Positions 17,948 through 27,317 of a DNA stretch of 64,000 nt are shown in pieces. Positions within the stretch are counted from its first letter, which is position 1, and every line of letters starts with the position of its first letter. This stretch comes from Candidatus Falkowbacteria bacterium (GTDB taxonomy: Bacteria; Patescibacteriota; Patescibacteriia; Patescibacteriales; UBA12465). The stretch covers positions 45,942-109,941 of the forward strand of contig JAAZJO010000010.1 in NCBI GenBank assembly GCA_012800315.1, written 5' to 3'. Both the position numbers and the translations under genes were made by a program. A model generated the notes under the pieces. The model searched no databases and was not told the DNA's origin. It was given only the letters and a program-made list of their open reading frames with translations.

Positions 17948-19404
17948 TGCCTAAAAAATTAAAAATTGTTCATGTTTCCTCAGAAGTTGCCCCCTTTTCT
18001 AAGACTGGGGGTTTAGGTGATGTTGCTCGTAGTTTGCCGAAGGCGTTGAAACGTTTAGGGCATGATGTTATTTTAATTACGCCGCTTTATGGACAAGTAA
18101 TTGATAAAAAGGAACATAAGTTGAAATTAATTTTTGAGGATGTTGATTTGCGTTTAAATTCCCAAGAAAAAGTTAAAGTTAATTATTGGAAAGGGTATTT
18201 AATGGAAGACTTGCCGGTTTATTTTGTGGAAAATAAACATTTTTTTTCTAAACATAAAAATATTTATGGCTCAACTAAAGAAAATGCTCGCTTTTTAGTT
18301 TTTGATATTGCGGCTTTAAAATTATTATCACTTTTAAAGTTGCCAGTAGATATTATTCATTGCCATGATTGGCAAACGGGGCTGATTCCTTATTATTTAA
18401 AAACTGATTTTCGTTACTCTAAAACTTTAAAAAAGACAAAAACAGTTTTTACTATTCATAATTTAATTTTCCAGTTAGGGCATAATTGGTGGGAGATTCC
18501 GCCAGAGAGAAAAGATTATGGACGGGGTCGCATTCCGCATACTTATGATCCGCGCTTAGAAGATATAAACTTTGCTAAACGGGCAATTCGTTCGGCTGAT
18601 ATTATTAATACAGTTAGTGAAAAATATCGCGAGGAAATAATGACTAAAAAATTTGGTCAAGATTTACAGCGGATATTAAGAAATCGGGAAGATCGTTTAT
18701 TTGGTATTATTAATGGGATTGATCATAATACTTATAATCCAGAAAAAGATAAAGAATTACACCGACGCTATTCATCTAAGAAAATAACTCTCAAAGATGA
18801 TAATAAAAAATATTTACAGAAGAAAATTGGCTTGCCGGTTGATAAAAATATTCCAATTTTATGCACGACCTCGCGAGTAACTTTCCAAAAAGGATTTAAT
18901 CTGATTTTAAAAGTCATTAATTTGTTTTTAAAACTAGATATTCAGTTAGTTTTTATGGGCGATGGTAACAAGGAATATATTCGGCAGATAAAAAAGTTAC
19001 AGAAAAAATATAGTGATAAATTAGTTTGGCTGCCCTTTGATCAAAAAATGGAAAGTTTATTATATGCTGCTTCTGATGTCTTTTTATTACCGTCTAATCA
19101 TGAGCCTTGTGGTATTAATCAATTAATCGCGATGCGCTATGGTTGTATTCCAGTAGTGCGTGAAGTGGGCGGTCTTTATGATACGGTAGATGATTTTAAT
19201 CCAGCAACTGGTAAAGGCAATGGCTTTACTTTTCAAGCTGAGAATGAAATTTTATTTTATGCGGCTGTTATTCGTGCTTTAGAGAATTATAAACATAAAC
19301 GAGTCTGGGCTAACTTGGTTAAGCGAGCAATGAAGCAATCAACTAGTTGGGAGATTCCAGCGAAGAAATATGTTGAATTATATAGAAAAGCCTTAAGAGA
19401 ATAA
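17932..19404 (+). CDS. glgA: Glycogen/starch synthase (GT5, ADP-glucose type)
   Basis: KIVHVSSEVAPFSKTGGLGDVARSLPKAL is the GlgA N-terminal signature. The ORF is 490 aa. Confidence 0.85.
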   Translation: MSKKVVPKKLKIVHVSSEVAPFSKTGGLGDVARSLPKALKRLGHDVILITPLYGQVIDKKEHKLKLIFEDVDLRLNSQEKVKVNYWKGYLMEDLPVYFVENKHFFSKHKNIYGSTKENARFLVFDIAALKLLSLLKLPVDIIHCHDWQTGLIPYYLKTDFRYSKTLKKTKTVFTIHNLIFQLGHNWWEIPPERKDYGRGRIPHTYDPRLEDINFAKRAIRSADIINTVSEKYREEIMTKKFGQDLQRILRNREDRLFGIINGIDHNTYNPEKDKELHRRYSSKKITLKDDNKKYLQKKIGLPVDKNIPILCTTSRVTFQKGFNLILKVINLFLKLDIQLVFMGDGNKEYIRQIKKLQKKYSDKLVWLPFDQKMESLLYAASDVFLLPSNHEPCGINQLIAMRYGCIPVVREVGGLYDTVDDFNPATGKGNGFTFQAENEILFYAAVIRALENYKHKRVWANLVKRAMKQSTSWEIPAKKYVELYRKALRE

Positions 19405-19434
19405 AAACTTAAAAAGCTTATTATTAATTAAAAT

Positions 19435-20622
19435 ATGATTTGGTTAAATTTTTTACATTTTTATCAACCAGCTAATGTGGAGTTTTATAATATCCGTAAA
19501 GCACTAGATAAAAGTTATTGGCGTCTTTTGAGATTATTTGAAGAACACCCAAATTTAAGAATGACCATTAATATTAGTGGTTGCTTGCTGGAGCGTTTGG
19601 AGGAGGCCGGTGAAAAAGCTTTTCTTGAGCGGTTACAATTTTTAGTTAAAAAGAAAAGAATTGAAGTAACTGGTTCAGCTGGTTATCATGGATTTTTGCC
19701 GCTTTTGCCAGAGAAAGAAGTGGTACACCAGATTAAAGCTAATGAAAAAATTTTAAAAAGAGTGTTTGGTAAAAATTTTAAACCGAGTGGATTTTTTTTG
19801 CCGGAAATGGCTTATTCACCAGCCGTAGCGAAAATAGTTAAGCGTCTAGGCTATCAATGGCTTATTCTTGATGAAATTGCTTTTAGCGGTGGAAGCAATC
19901 AGCGCCCAGATAATAAATGTCCTTATGTTGATGAGGCTAGTGGTTTAAGAGTTATTTTTCGGGAGCGCGATAAATCAAATGCCTATCCGCCAGATAAATT
20001 GTTTTCTCTTTTAAAAGAAAAGAGGGTAGAGAAGAATCAGGTAGTGATTACTGCTACTGACGCTGAGCTTTATGGTTTGCGTCATGAAGATCCAACTGGG
20101 GAAATGGAGAAAATTGTCCAGGTTGAGGAGTTAAAAATGATGACTATTTCTGCTTGGTTAAAAAAGATTAGTATAAAAAAACCAGTTAAAATAAAAGTTT
20201 GGGCGTCTTCTTGGGAATCAAGTCCGGCTGAGATTAAGGCTGGACAGCCCTATATTCTTTGGCAAAATAAAAAAAATAAAATTCAAACCAATCTTTGGAA
20301 ATTAGCAGAATTAGCTCTGTCGCTTGGCGAACAATACAAAAAAGATAAAAATTATTATTGGTATCGCTGGCACTTAGATCGTGGTTTAGCGAGTTGTGTT
20401 TTTTGGTGGGCTAGCGCTCATGATTTTTCTAAAGTTTTTGGACCGTATGCTTGGAGTCCGGATTATATTGAACGGGGTTTAGGTGATTTAGTTAGAAGTG
20501 TTCGCTCTCTCAACAATCCAAAAACTAAAAAGCAAAAACTAGCCGCTGAAAATTATTATTTAAAGATTAGTAAATTAGTTTGGGAAAGCCATTGGAAAAA
20601 ATATTGGCGAAAAATTATATGA
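19435..20622 (+). CDS. Glycoside hydrolase family 57 protein (alpha-glucan acting)
   Basis: The N-terminus MIWLNFLHFYQPANV carries the GH57 HQP motif. It lies in a glycogen gene context. Confidence 0.6.
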   Translation: MIWLNFLHFYQPANVEFYNIRKALDKSYWRLLRLFEEHPNLRMTINISGCLLERLEEAGEKAFLERLQFLVKKKRIEVTGSAGYHGFLPLLPEKEVVHQIKANEKILKRVFGKNFKPSGFFLPEMAYSPAVAKIVKRLGYQWLILDEIAFSGGSNQRPDNKCPYVDEASGLRVIFRERDKSNAYPPDKLFSLLKEKRVEKNQVVITATDAELYGLRHEDPTGEMEKIVQVEELKMMTISAWLKKISIKKPVKIKVWASSWESSPAEIKAGQPYILWQNKKNKIQTNLWKLAELALSLGEQYKKDKNYYWYRWHLDRGLASCVFWWASAHDFSKVFGPYAWSPDYIERGLGDLVRSVRSLNNPKTKKQKLAAENYYLKISKLVWESHWKKYWRKII

Positions 20623-21656
20623 ACAAAATTTTATCGTTATTTGATGAAGTGGCCGTGCTTGCTTATTTGAAAAAAAAATTGTTGCCACTTTTTCCTGAAT
20701 TTAACGATATCAAAAAAGTTAAAATTAAGCCGTATAAAGAAATGATTTGGGAGACAACCTATCATGTAGTGATTGGCTTTCAAGTTTATTTTTTGACGCC
20801 AGAGGATAAAGAGGAAAGAACTCTGATTATTTGTTCTGCTCATAGTGATGAGCCGCGAGAAAATGTTTATTTGGCTTTAAAATATTTGTGGGCAAAGGGA
20901 CTTAATCAAAAGGGCATTGATTTACCGCGCCCTCTTTTTTATTCAAAAAGATTTAATGGTACTTTTTATTTAGCCTTGGAGGGAGAAAATCTTCTTTACT
21001 ATATTAAGAATAAAGACATTGCTGTGGTGGAACAACTAGTTGTTTCCTCAGCCAAACTTTTTGCCCAGCTTCATTCTTTTGCAGTTGAGGAGGAAGTGAA
21101 TTTTAATCCAAGTAATGCTCGCATTAAGACGATAATTCCGGGAGTGGAAAATATTTATCAAGGCATGACTGCTCGTTATGGCAATAAATATACAGCTGAC
21201 TTAAAAAAGATTTATGATTATTTTATTGCTCAGGAGGAAAAATTTTTTGCTTCGGGTGCGCCGTTAAAATTAATTCATGGCGATGCTCATCCAGAAAATA
21301 TTATTAAAACAGCTGAGAATAGAATTGGACTGATTGATTTTACTGATTTATGTTTTGCTGATTTTGCTCGTGATCTAGGAACCTTTTTGCAGCAGTTAGA
21401 ATATAAGATCATGACTAAAATTGATGATCGGGAGTTAGCAGATAGATTAAAAAAATTATTTTTGGATAATTATTTGCTCGCCACTGGGACAACGCTTGAT
21501 GATAACTTAAAAAATCGGATAAATACTTATTATAATTGGACAGCTATTCGCACCGCTACTTATTGGTTTTTAAAATTTGAACCTGATGAAAATAAGGGTG
21601 TACATTTATTAGAAGTGGTTAAAAATAATTTAAAATTATTACATGATGAAAAATAA
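20619..21656 (+). CDS. Phosphotransferase-family kinase (APH/Mak-like fold), possible maltokinase-type
   Basis: Brenner motif LIHGDAHPENII and DFTD. The ATG at 20619 overlaps the GH57 TGA as ATGA. The ORF track starts it earlier at 20580. Confidence 0.5.
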   Translation: MNKILSLFDEVAVLAYLKKKLLPLFPEFNDIKKVKIKPYKEMIWETTYHVVIGFQVYFLTPEDKEERTLIICSAHSDEPRENVYLALKYLWAKGLNQKGIDLPRPLFYSKRFNGTFYLALEGENLLYYIKNKDIAVVEQLVVSSAKLFAQLHSFAVEEEVNFNPSNARIKTIIPGVENIYQGMTARYGNKYTADLKKIYDYFIAQEEKFFASGAPLKLIHGDAHPENIIKTAENRIGLIDFTDLCFADFARDLGTFLQQLEYKIMTKIDDRELADRLKKLFLDNYLLATGTTLDDNLKNRINTYYNWTAIRTATYWFLKFEPDENKGVHLLEVVKNNLKLLHDEK

Positions 21657-22752
21657 ATCGCTAAAACAGCTGAAAATTGCTCATCTTCATGTTTGGGATA
21701 AGAAAAACAAAGGTGATTGGGCGATTGTTTTAGCTGTTCAGGAATTGTTAAAAGCTAATTTTCCGGGTTGTCAGATTATTGATTTCCCTGTATCTCTTTT
21801 AAAAGAAGGGAGGCTGGCTGAGGCTCAGAAAATTAATCAAGCTGATTTTGTTATTATTGGCGGTGGTGGAATATTTTATTCATATTTTCTTCCTTATAAC
21901 CAAGAATTTATTAAAGCGATTGTTAAGCCGATAATTATTTTTGGTGCTGGTTATATTAAAGAAGTTGATGCTCCTGAGATAAAAAAAGAGGCGGCGCTGA
22001 GCGTAGCTTTTTTAGCACGTCAGGCAAAGCTGGTTGGTTTAAGAGATAATAATACTAAAAAGTTTTTAATTAAAAATGGAGTGCCTGCCAATAAAATACA
22101 AGTAATTGGTGATCCAGCAGCCTTATTAAAAGAAAAAAAATTAACAGCCACTCAATTGCGGGCTTTAAAATTAAATCAGTCGCCAAGCAATTTAGTGAAA
22201 AAGAAATCGCCGTTTAGAATTGGCTTAAATTTAAATTATGCTGGCTGGTTAGGTTTTGGTAAATGGCGCGAGGATATTCTTAAAGCTTATCGTGAAGTAG
22301 CTGAATATTTTCAGCAAGAATATGGTGGTCAAAATGGTTTAGGAGTGGAAATATATTATTTAAAGCATCATCCCGGGGAAGACCATATTTATCCTGAGCT
22401 TAAGATAAAAAATTTACGAGTAGTGGATTTAAAGCCGGCTGAGCAAAAAGAGCTTTACGGACACTTAGATTTAATTATTGGGATGATGTTACATGTTGGT
22501 GTAATGGCTTTTGGTGCCGGGACACCAGAAATCAGCGTGGCTTATGATCTAAGAAATCATAGTTTTGCTGAATATATCGGATACCCAGAATTGGTGGTTG
22601 ATTTAGAAGCTTTAAAAACTGGAGAGTTATTAAAAAGAGTAAAAATGGTCTGGAAAAAGAGGGAAAAATACCAGCAAGCGTTTATTCGCTTAAAGAAAAA
22701 AATTGCTACTAAGCAAAGTTTGTTTTTAAAGAAAGTAAAAACAATAATTTAG
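21643..22752 (+). CDS. Polysaccharide pyruvyl transferase family protein
   Basis: Carries HLHVWDKKNKGDWAI and FVIIGGGGIF motifs typical of PF04230 pyruvyl transferases. Confidence 0.55.
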   Translation: MMKNKSLKQLKIAHLHVWDKKNKGDWAIVLAVQELLKANFPGCQIIDFPVSLLKEGRLAEAQKINQADFVIIGGGGIFYSYFLPYNQEFIKAIVKPIIIFGAGYIKEVDAPEIKKEAALSVAFLARQAKLVGLRDNNTKKFLIKNGVPANKIQVIGDPAALLKEKKLTATQLRALKLNQSPSNLVKKKSPFRIGLNLNYAGWLGFGKWREDILKAYREVAEYFQQEYGGQNGLGVEIYYLKHHPGEDHIYPELKIKNLRVVDLKPAEQKELYGHLDLIIGMMLHVGVMAFGAGTPEISVAYDLRNHSFAEYIGYPELVVDLEALKTGELLKRVKMVWKKREKYQQAFIRLKKKIATKQSLFLKKVKTII

Positions 22753-22866
22753 AAGTTTTTATTAATAATAAGGTTAATTAGATTTTTTACTTAATTCTGT
22801 TATAATCTAAATATTGGAGCTTGGTTTGACTCCTGAGTTAATTTTGTCTAATTTTGTGTTTAAAGT

Positions 22867-25470
22867 ATGGGTGGAAAAAAGAAAAACAGTAATCCTTTGG
22901 ATTATTTAAACTTACCAGAAATAAATCTTGATGAAAAAGCTAAGAGAAGCATTTTAGTAGTTCTTTTGGTTGTTTTTGGTTTGATTAGTTTGCTTGGGCT
23001 TTTTAATCTTTCTGGGCATTTTGGAGAATTTATTGCTAAATGGCTCACTCTTATTTTTGGTTTTGGAAAATATCTTGTGCCATTAATTTTTATTTATTGG
23101 GCAGTAATTATTTCTAGAAAAGAAAAAAAATCTCTACAGTTTACTGATTACTTAGGTTTAGGACTTCTTTTTATTTCCTACCAAACGCTTTTTCATTTTT
23201 TCTTAGATGTCAATGTGTGGGAGAGCAAAGTAGAGGCTGGTGTTGGTGGTGGTTATGTTGGTCTATATTTAAGTAAACTATTTTATTATGTTTTCGGTTT
23301 TTGGGGCGGACTTTTAGTTCTTTTTGCTCTTTTACTTATTTCTCTTGTTTTAGTTTTTAATACCTCATTATCACGGCTGGTTGGCGAGGAAAGTATTTTT
23401 GCTAAGATCATTAGACCCTTTGCTTTATTTTTCAAAAACTTATTTTCACGCTCAGTTTCTGAGGAAGAAAGTGATGGCCAGCAATTTATTCAAGAGGCAC
23501 GAGAAGAGGTTTTAAGTTCTTGGCAGAAGAAAGGAGTTCAGAGTGAAGAAGAAGAGGAAGAGGAGGAAGAAGAAGAGGAGGAAGAAGAAGTTTCGGCGGC
23601 TAAAATATTAGCACAAAAAAATAAGCCAAAGGTTCAGGAAAAAATTGTTTGGCCGAAGCGAAGAATTAAAATTGATTTACCGTTAGAGTTATTAAATAAT
23701 AAATTTAGTAAGGCAATTGGTGGTGATACAGAAGCTAATGCTGCTAAGATTCATAAGACTTTAGAAAAGTTTGGTATTGAGGTGGAAATGGGCGAAACTA
23801 AAGTTGGTCCAACTGTTACACAATACACTTTTCGTCCAGCCGAAGGAGTTAAGCTTTCTCGCATCACGACTTTAAATAATGATTTATCACTTTCTTTAGC
23901 CGCTCATCCGATCAGAATTGAGGCTCCAATTCCTGGAAAATCTTTGGTAGGTATTGAGGTGCCTAATCGCGCTAAGGCAATTGTTGGTTTACGAGAAATT
24001 TTAGAAGATCAGGCTTTTAAAGATCGTAAAAATAATCTTTTCGTTGCTTTAGGCAAAGATGTTTCTGGTACTGCTTGGCTTTATGATTTAACACGCATGC
24101 CCCATCTTTTAGTAGCTGGTGCAACTAATTCCGGAAAATCTGTTTGTTTAAACGCTATTATTGTTAGCTTATTATACCAAAACAACCCTGATGATTTACG
24201 CTTTATTATGGTTGATCCGAAGCGAGTTGAATTGCCGACATATAATGGCATTCCTCATTTATTAACGCCGGTGATTACTGATGTTAATAAAACAATTAAC
24301 GCTTTAAAGTGGTGCTTGAATGAAATGGAGAGGCGCTATGATATTTTAAATAAAGCTGGTAAGCGCAATATCCAATCTTATAACCAAACAGCTGAGGAAA
24401 AATTGCCATATATTGTTTTCATTATTGATGAATTAGCTGATTTTATGATGACCGCTGGCAAAGATATGGAGGCGGCGATTATTCGTTTAGCTCAAATGTC
24501 TAGAGCCATTGGCATCCATTTAATTTTAGCGACTCAACGTCCGAGTGTGGATGTGATTACTGGTTTAATTAAAGCCAACATCCCAACGCGTATTGCTTTT
24601 TCTGTAGCTTCATTAGTTGATTCAAAAACAATTTTAGATGCGTCTGGCGCTGAAAAATTATTGGGACAAGGAGATATGTTATTTATGACAGCTGAGTTTG
24701 CTAAGCCGAAAAGAATTCAGGGTGCTTATTTAAGTGATGAAGAAATAACTAATGTAGTTAATTATATTAAAGAGAAGAGTGGTCCGGCTGAATATTTAGA
24801 AGGAGTAACTGATCGTCAAAAAGTGGCTGGCAATGCAGGCGTTGGTCTAGATGGAAATTATGGTGATGAAGATGAGTTATTTGAAGCCGCTAAAGAAATT
24901 ATTGTTAAGGCAGGAAAGGCTTCAACTTCAATGCTGCAACGTCGTTTATCAATTGGTTATGGTCGCGCAGCTAAGATTTTAGATATGCTTGAAGAGAGTG
25001 GGGTTATTGGTCCGCCCAACGGTTCTAAACCACGTGAAGTTTTGATTAGCCAAGCAGAATATGAAGCCATGGGTGAAGAAACAATTAGCGGCGTTCCTCT
25101 TCATAATCGGGCAACAGCTCAACGTCCAGATAGTTATTTAGCTGGCGATGAAGGTAATGATGGCACTTTAGTTTTTACTAGTGATCTTACTCACACTGAA
25201 GAAGATAGTGATTCTAATGATGAGGAAGAAGAGGAAGAGGAAGAAGAAGAGGAAGATTTTGCAGTTAATGCTGAAGATGAGACAGAGGAAGCGAGTGAAG
25301 AGGAGCAAGATGAATCTGAGGCAGAAGAAGACTCTGAAGAAACAGAGGATTCTGAAGCACAAGCAGAATCAGTTCAATCAGAAAAGCCAGCTGGACAGGA
25401 GAAAAAAGAACAAACACCGACCGGTAGTCAGCTTTTTGAAGAAGATGATGAGATGTTTTTCTCTAGATAA
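22867..25470 (+). CDS. ftsK: DNA translocase FtsK/SpoIIIE with poly-Glu linker and acidic C-terminal tail
   Basis: N-terminal TM helices are present. The P-loop is LVAGATNSGKSVCLNAII. The gamma-domain wHTH is STSMLQRRLSIGYGRAAKILDMLEESGVIGP. It contains E10+ tracts. Confidence 0.9.
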   Translation: MGGKKKNSNPLDYLNLPEINLDEKAKRSILVVLLVVFGLISLLGLFNLSGHFGEFIAKWLTLIFGFGKYLVPLIFIYWAVIISRKEKKSLQFTDYLGLGLLFISYQTLFHFFLDVNVWESKVEAGVGGGYVGLYLSKLFYYVFGFWGGLLVLFALLLISLVLVFNTSLSRLVGEESIFAKIIRPFALFFKNLFSRSVSEEESDGQQFIQEAREEVLSSWQKKGVQSEEEEEEEEEEEEEEEVSAAKILAQKNKPKVQEKIVWPKRRIKIDLPLELLNNKFSKAIGGDTEANAAKIHKTLEKFGIEVEMGETKVGPTVTQYTFRPAEGVKLSRITTLNNDLSLSLAAHPIRIEAPIPGKSLVGIEVPNRAKAIVGLREILEDQAFKDRKNNLFVALGKDVSGTAWLYDLTRMPHLLVAGATNSGKSVCLNAIIVSLLYQNNPDDLRFIMVDPKRVELPTYNGIPHLLTPVITDVNKTINALKWCLNEMERRYDILNKAGKRNIQSYNQTAEEKLPYIVFIIDELADFMMTAGKDMEAAIIRLAQMSRAIGIHLILATQRPSVDVITGLIKANIPTRIAFSVASLVDSKTILDASGAEKLLGQGDMLFMTAEFAKPKRIQGAYLSDEEITNVVNYIKEKSGPAEYLEGVTDRQKVAGNAGVGLDGNYGDEDELFEAAKEIIVKAGKASTSMLQRRLSIGYGRAAKILDMLEESGVIGPPNGSKPREVLISQAEYEAMGEETISGVPLHNRATAQRPDSYLAGDEGNDGTLVFTSDLTHTEEDSDSNDEEEEEEEEEEEDFAVNAEDETEEASEEEQDESEAEEDSEETEDSEAQAESVQSEKPAGQEKKEQTPTGSQLFEEDDEMFFSR
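23545..23590 (+). repeat. GAA/GAG trinucleotide tract (poly-Glu codons) inside ftsK
   Basis: gaagaagaagaggaagaggaggaagaagaagaggaggaagaagaag is read directly from the sequence. Confidence 0.7.
25223..25256 (+). repeat. Second GAA/GAG trinucleotide tract inside the ftsK 3' region
   Basis: gaggaagaagaggaagaggaagaagaagaggaagat is read directly from the sequence. Confidence 0.7.
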
Positions 25471-25606
25471 TTATTATTAAATTAGTAATCGTTGTTTTTG
25501 GCTGTAACATTTAAGGTTTTATTCGTATTATTATATAGAGTTGGGAATTAAGTCGTGAAAGCGATTTACTCCCTAATACGGCTGAATAAAAAAAGAAAAA
25601 TTAAAC

Positions 25607-25645
25607 AAAACCACCCTACGGAATCAGGGTGGTTTGTTGTTTTTA
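25607..25645 (+). terminator. Rho-independent terminator after ftsK
   Basis: Hairpin ccaccct-acggaatc-agggtgg followed by tttgttgtttttatttc. Confidence 0.6.
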
Positions 25646-25675
25646 TTTCTTTATAATTTTGGTATAATAGGCTAT

Positions 25676-27118
25676 ATGTTAGAAAAAATAAAAAAACTTA
25701 TTCCGCGCAATCTTTTTAAAGTGCTTCAGCCACCCTATCATTTTTTAATGGCCTTATTGGCGGCCCTTGTTTATCACTTTCCGAGTAAAAAAATGATTGT
25801 AATTGGAGTAACTGGGACGGCCGGTAAAACTTCAACTGTTTATTTAATTGCGAAAACTTTAGCGGCGGCTGGTTATAAAACTGGTTTTACTTCTACCGCC
25901 GTTTTTTCTGATGGTGACAAAGAATGGTTGAATGATAAAAAAATGACTATGCCAGGACGTTTTTTTATTCAAAGAACTTTACATCAAATGTGGAAGAATG
26001 GGTGTCGTTATGCAATTATTGAAACTACTTCCGAAGGCATTAAACAATTTCGCCACCGCTTTATTAATTATGATATTTTAGTGTTTACAAATTTATATCC
26101 AGAACATATTGAGTCTCATGGTAGTTTTGAAAAATATAAAGAAGCTAAAGGAATTTTATTTGCTCATCTAAAGCGCTGCTCCACTAAGTATGTTAATGAG
26201 CAGAAAGTAGTTGTGCGTCCAGCTAATAATTTTAAAAAACTAGATTTTACCAGAGTCTTTAAGACGATTATTGTTAATGGTGATGATGAACATAGTGAAT
26301 ATTTTTTAAATTTTGGGAGCGAGGAAAAAATAATTTACTCTTTTCAGCCAGAAACTAATTTTAAATTAATTTTTGAAAACTTATCTGAAGAAGCTAAGGT
26401 TAAGGACTTTAAAGTTATTTATGGTTCTGAAGTTTCTTCAAGTGCTCACGGGATATCATTAAAAATTGAAAATGAGCCAGTTAATTTAAAATTATTAGGA
26501 GAGTTTAATGCGATTAATGCTTTAGCTGCTTATGCGGTCGGGCAAAGTCAAAGACTTAATAGTCGGGATATTATTGCTGGTTTAGAAAGTGTTAGTTCTT
26601 TAGCTGGAAAATTAGAATTGATAGATGAGGGGCAAAACTTTACGGCGATTGTTGATTATTCTTTTGAGCCGCAGGCGATGGAGAAGCTTTATAAAACAAT
26701 TGCTCTGATTCCTCATAGACGCCTTATCCAGGTGCTTGGCTCAGCTGGCGGTGGTCGTGATCGGGCTCGTCGTCCAATTTTAGGTAAAATAGCTGCTGAA
26801 AATGTGGATATAGCCATTATTACCGATGAAGATCCTTATGATGAGGATCCTTTAGAAATTATTAATCAAGTTGCTGCTGGGGCTGAGAATTTTCCGGGCA
26901 GTAAGATGATTTTAGATAAAAATTTATTTAAAATTCTAGATAGACGTGAGGCTATAAAAAAAGCGCTAGAATTAGCCGAAGAAGGGGATTTAGTCTTATT
27001 TACTGGCAAAGGAGCAGAACAATATATTTGTGTTGCTGCTGGCCAAAAAATTCCTTGGGACGAACGACAGGTAGTACGTGAGGTAATTGTGGAGAAAATG
27101 TGTATTGACAAGGAATAA
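25676..27118 (+). CDS. Mur ligase family protein, MurE-like (UDP-MurNAc-L-Ala-D-Glu : diamino acid ligase)
   Basis: P-loop IVIGVTGTAGKTST, central Mur ligase domain, and C-terminal GSAGGGRDRARRP. The usual DNPR is replaced by TDEDPYDEDP. I moved the start to MLEKIKK (25676) because the upstream part of the ORF overlaps the ftsK terminator. Confidence 0.55.
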   Translation: MLEKIKKLIPRNLFKVLQPPYHFLMALLAALVYHFPSKKMIVIGVTGTAGKTSTVYLIAKTLAAAGYKTGFTSTAVFSDGDKEWLNDKKMTMPGRFFIQRTLHQMWKNGCRYAIIETTSEGIKQFRHRFINYDILVFTNLYPEHIESHGSFEKYKEAKGILFAHLKRCSTKYVNEQKVVVRPANNFKKLDFTRVFKTIIVNGDDEHSEYFLNFGSEEKIIYSFQPETNFKLIFENLSEEAKVKDFKVIYGSEVSSSAHGISLKIENEPVNLKLLGEFNAINALAAYAVGQSQRLNSRDIIAGLESVSSLAGKLELIDEGQNFTAIVDYSFEPQAMEKLYKTIALIPHRRLIQVLGSAGGGRDRARRPILGKIAAENVDIAIITDEDPYDEDPLEIINQVAAGAENFPGSKMILDKNLFKILDRREAIKKALELAEEGDLVLFTGKGAEQYICVAAGQKIPWDERQVVREVIVEKMCIDKE

Positions 27119-27133
27119 AACTTATTATATTAT
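27105..27133 (+). promoter_or_regulatory. Sigma-70-like promoter candidate (TTGACA-17-TATTAT) upstream of rpoB
   Basis: Exact TTGACA at 27105-27110, a 17-nt spacer, then TATTAT at 27128-27133. It lies about 185 nt upstream of the rpoB ATG. AT-rich context lowers specificity. Confidence 0.3.
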
Positions 27134-27317
27134 AAAGATATTAACACTTTTTTAACTAAAAAAAAGTGATTTATCAAAAAAATAGTTAATTAAATAAACG
27201 TTAAACTCAAGCCAGTTGGGGTTGGGGTTTTTTTGTTAAGTAAATTTCTGTCCTTCTTTATTTTTTCATCTATTATTAGATAAATATATTCATAAATATT
27301 TTATAAATATACGTTTT

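Noticed and set aside
22753-22866. Promoter upstream of ftsK (tataat at about 22800)
   Set aside because: The -35 element is weak or mis-spaced. AT-rich intergenic DNA gives many chance TATAAT matches, so I did not list it as a feature.
25168-25480. ORFs 25181-25480 (+) and 25168-25362 (-) encoding poly-K/R or poly-F/L peptides
   Set aside because: They lie inside ftsK and are alternate-frame readings of the GAA/GAG repeat tract. They have no independent start context or conserved motifs.
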